NCBI GenBank assembly: GCA_000165345.1
Contig: CM000435.1
Span: forward strand, 160,001-224,000
Length of the DNA: 64,000 bases
Reading direction: 5' to 3'
Made by a program: the position numbers and the translations under genes. Every line of letters starts with the position of its first letter. Within the stretch, counting starts at the first letter, position 1. Shown one piece after another: positions 63,591-64,000 of this stretch. The notes below the pieces were generated by a model. The model saw only the letters and a list, made by a program, of their open reading frames with translations, did not search any database and was not told the DNA's origin.

Positions 63591-64000
63591 ATGTTTGAAA
63601 AGATTTTTGACAGATATTCGAAAGGTATATATAAAGTTATTGATACTTGTGCAAGTTTACTATATTGGTCTTTAAGAGTAACAAGGTATTTCTTTCCACT
63701 GACTATTGCTTTAGTATTGTTAAGTTTTACGATCTTCAGTTTAACATGGATACTTTATCTTGGATTTTATTGGTATTGGATACCTCCAAAATCTATTTCA
63801 TTCCCAATAAATTTTGATTTCCAAAATAAGTACTTTTCTCAATTAATACCAGATAACTACTTGTATAGCGACCAATCCTTTAATAAGTTCTCAAATTCAG
63901 CTCCAGGCTTATCCCAAAGGAATTACCAAGACAATGTATATAATAACTTTATAAACAGTAATGAATTATCTAGGCAGCTAATGTATGAACAATCTGAAGC
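63591..64000 (+). CDS. Seipin (BSCL2/Fld1-like) N-terminal fragment; ORF runs off the end of the window
   Basis: After a TM helix (…LTIALVLLSFTIFSLTWILYLGF…), the sequence YWYWIPPKSISFPINFDF matches the seipin signature following TM1 (…[24 protein letters not shown]). No stop codon before position 64000. Confidence 0.45.
   Translation, partial: MFEKIFDRYSKGIYKVIDTCASLLYWSLRVTRYFFPLTIALVLLSFTIFSLTWILYLGFYWYWIPPKSISFPINFDFQNKYFSQLIPDNYLYSDQSFNKFSNSAPGLSQRNYQDNVYNNFINSNELSRQLMYEQSE

Overview
The window is an AT-rich (roughly 30% GC), compact, gene-dense eukaryotic chromosomal segment. I saw no prokaryotic operons, CRISPR arrays, rRNA or tRNA genes. Several features point to a Cryptosporidium-like apicomplexan genome, but the species cannot be confirmed from sequence alone. 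Those features are a very strong AT codon bias, mostly intron-less genes separated by a few hundred bp, and recurrent GC-rich promoter motifs. The motifs are the E2F-like TTTGGCGCCAAA / TTTGGCGGGAAA family and GCATGC boxes, found in almost every intergenic spacer.

I can support about 23 protein-coding genes. Confident calls:
- PP2A catalytic subunit
- XPD/Rad3 TFIIH helicase
- queuine tRNA-ribosyltransferase
- phosphoglycerate kinase (with a 5' intron)
- NatA auxiliary subunit NAA15
- UTP10/HEATR1
- eIF2A
- a CELF/Bruno-like RRM protein
- a Patched/SSD-family membrane protein (4 exons)
- PIG-L GlcNAc-PI de-N-acetylase (3 exons)
- a partial seipin at the right edge

Less certain calls are a HEL308/POLQ-like helicase whose Walker A lysine is lost, an M16 insulinase-like secreted protein whose HxxEH zinc motif is fully degenerate, and a two-KH-domain protein with a C-terminal transmembrane anchor. 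Several low-complexity hypothetical proteins remain unassigned.

The most interesting non-genic signals:
- two recurrent CG-containing motifs outside the known E2F/GCATGC sets: TATACCGG(T/C) about 260-550 bp upstream of four genes, and TTACGTG(T/C) in five spacers;
- promoter-type motif clusters sitting in three convergent 3' spacers, suggesting unannotated antisense or non-coding transcripts;
- a 2 kb ORF-poor stretch with orphan E2F sites and a candidate small spliced gene;
- a perfect 46-bp palindrome inside a ~95% AT tract;
- a pair of CACGTG boxes upstream of PGK.
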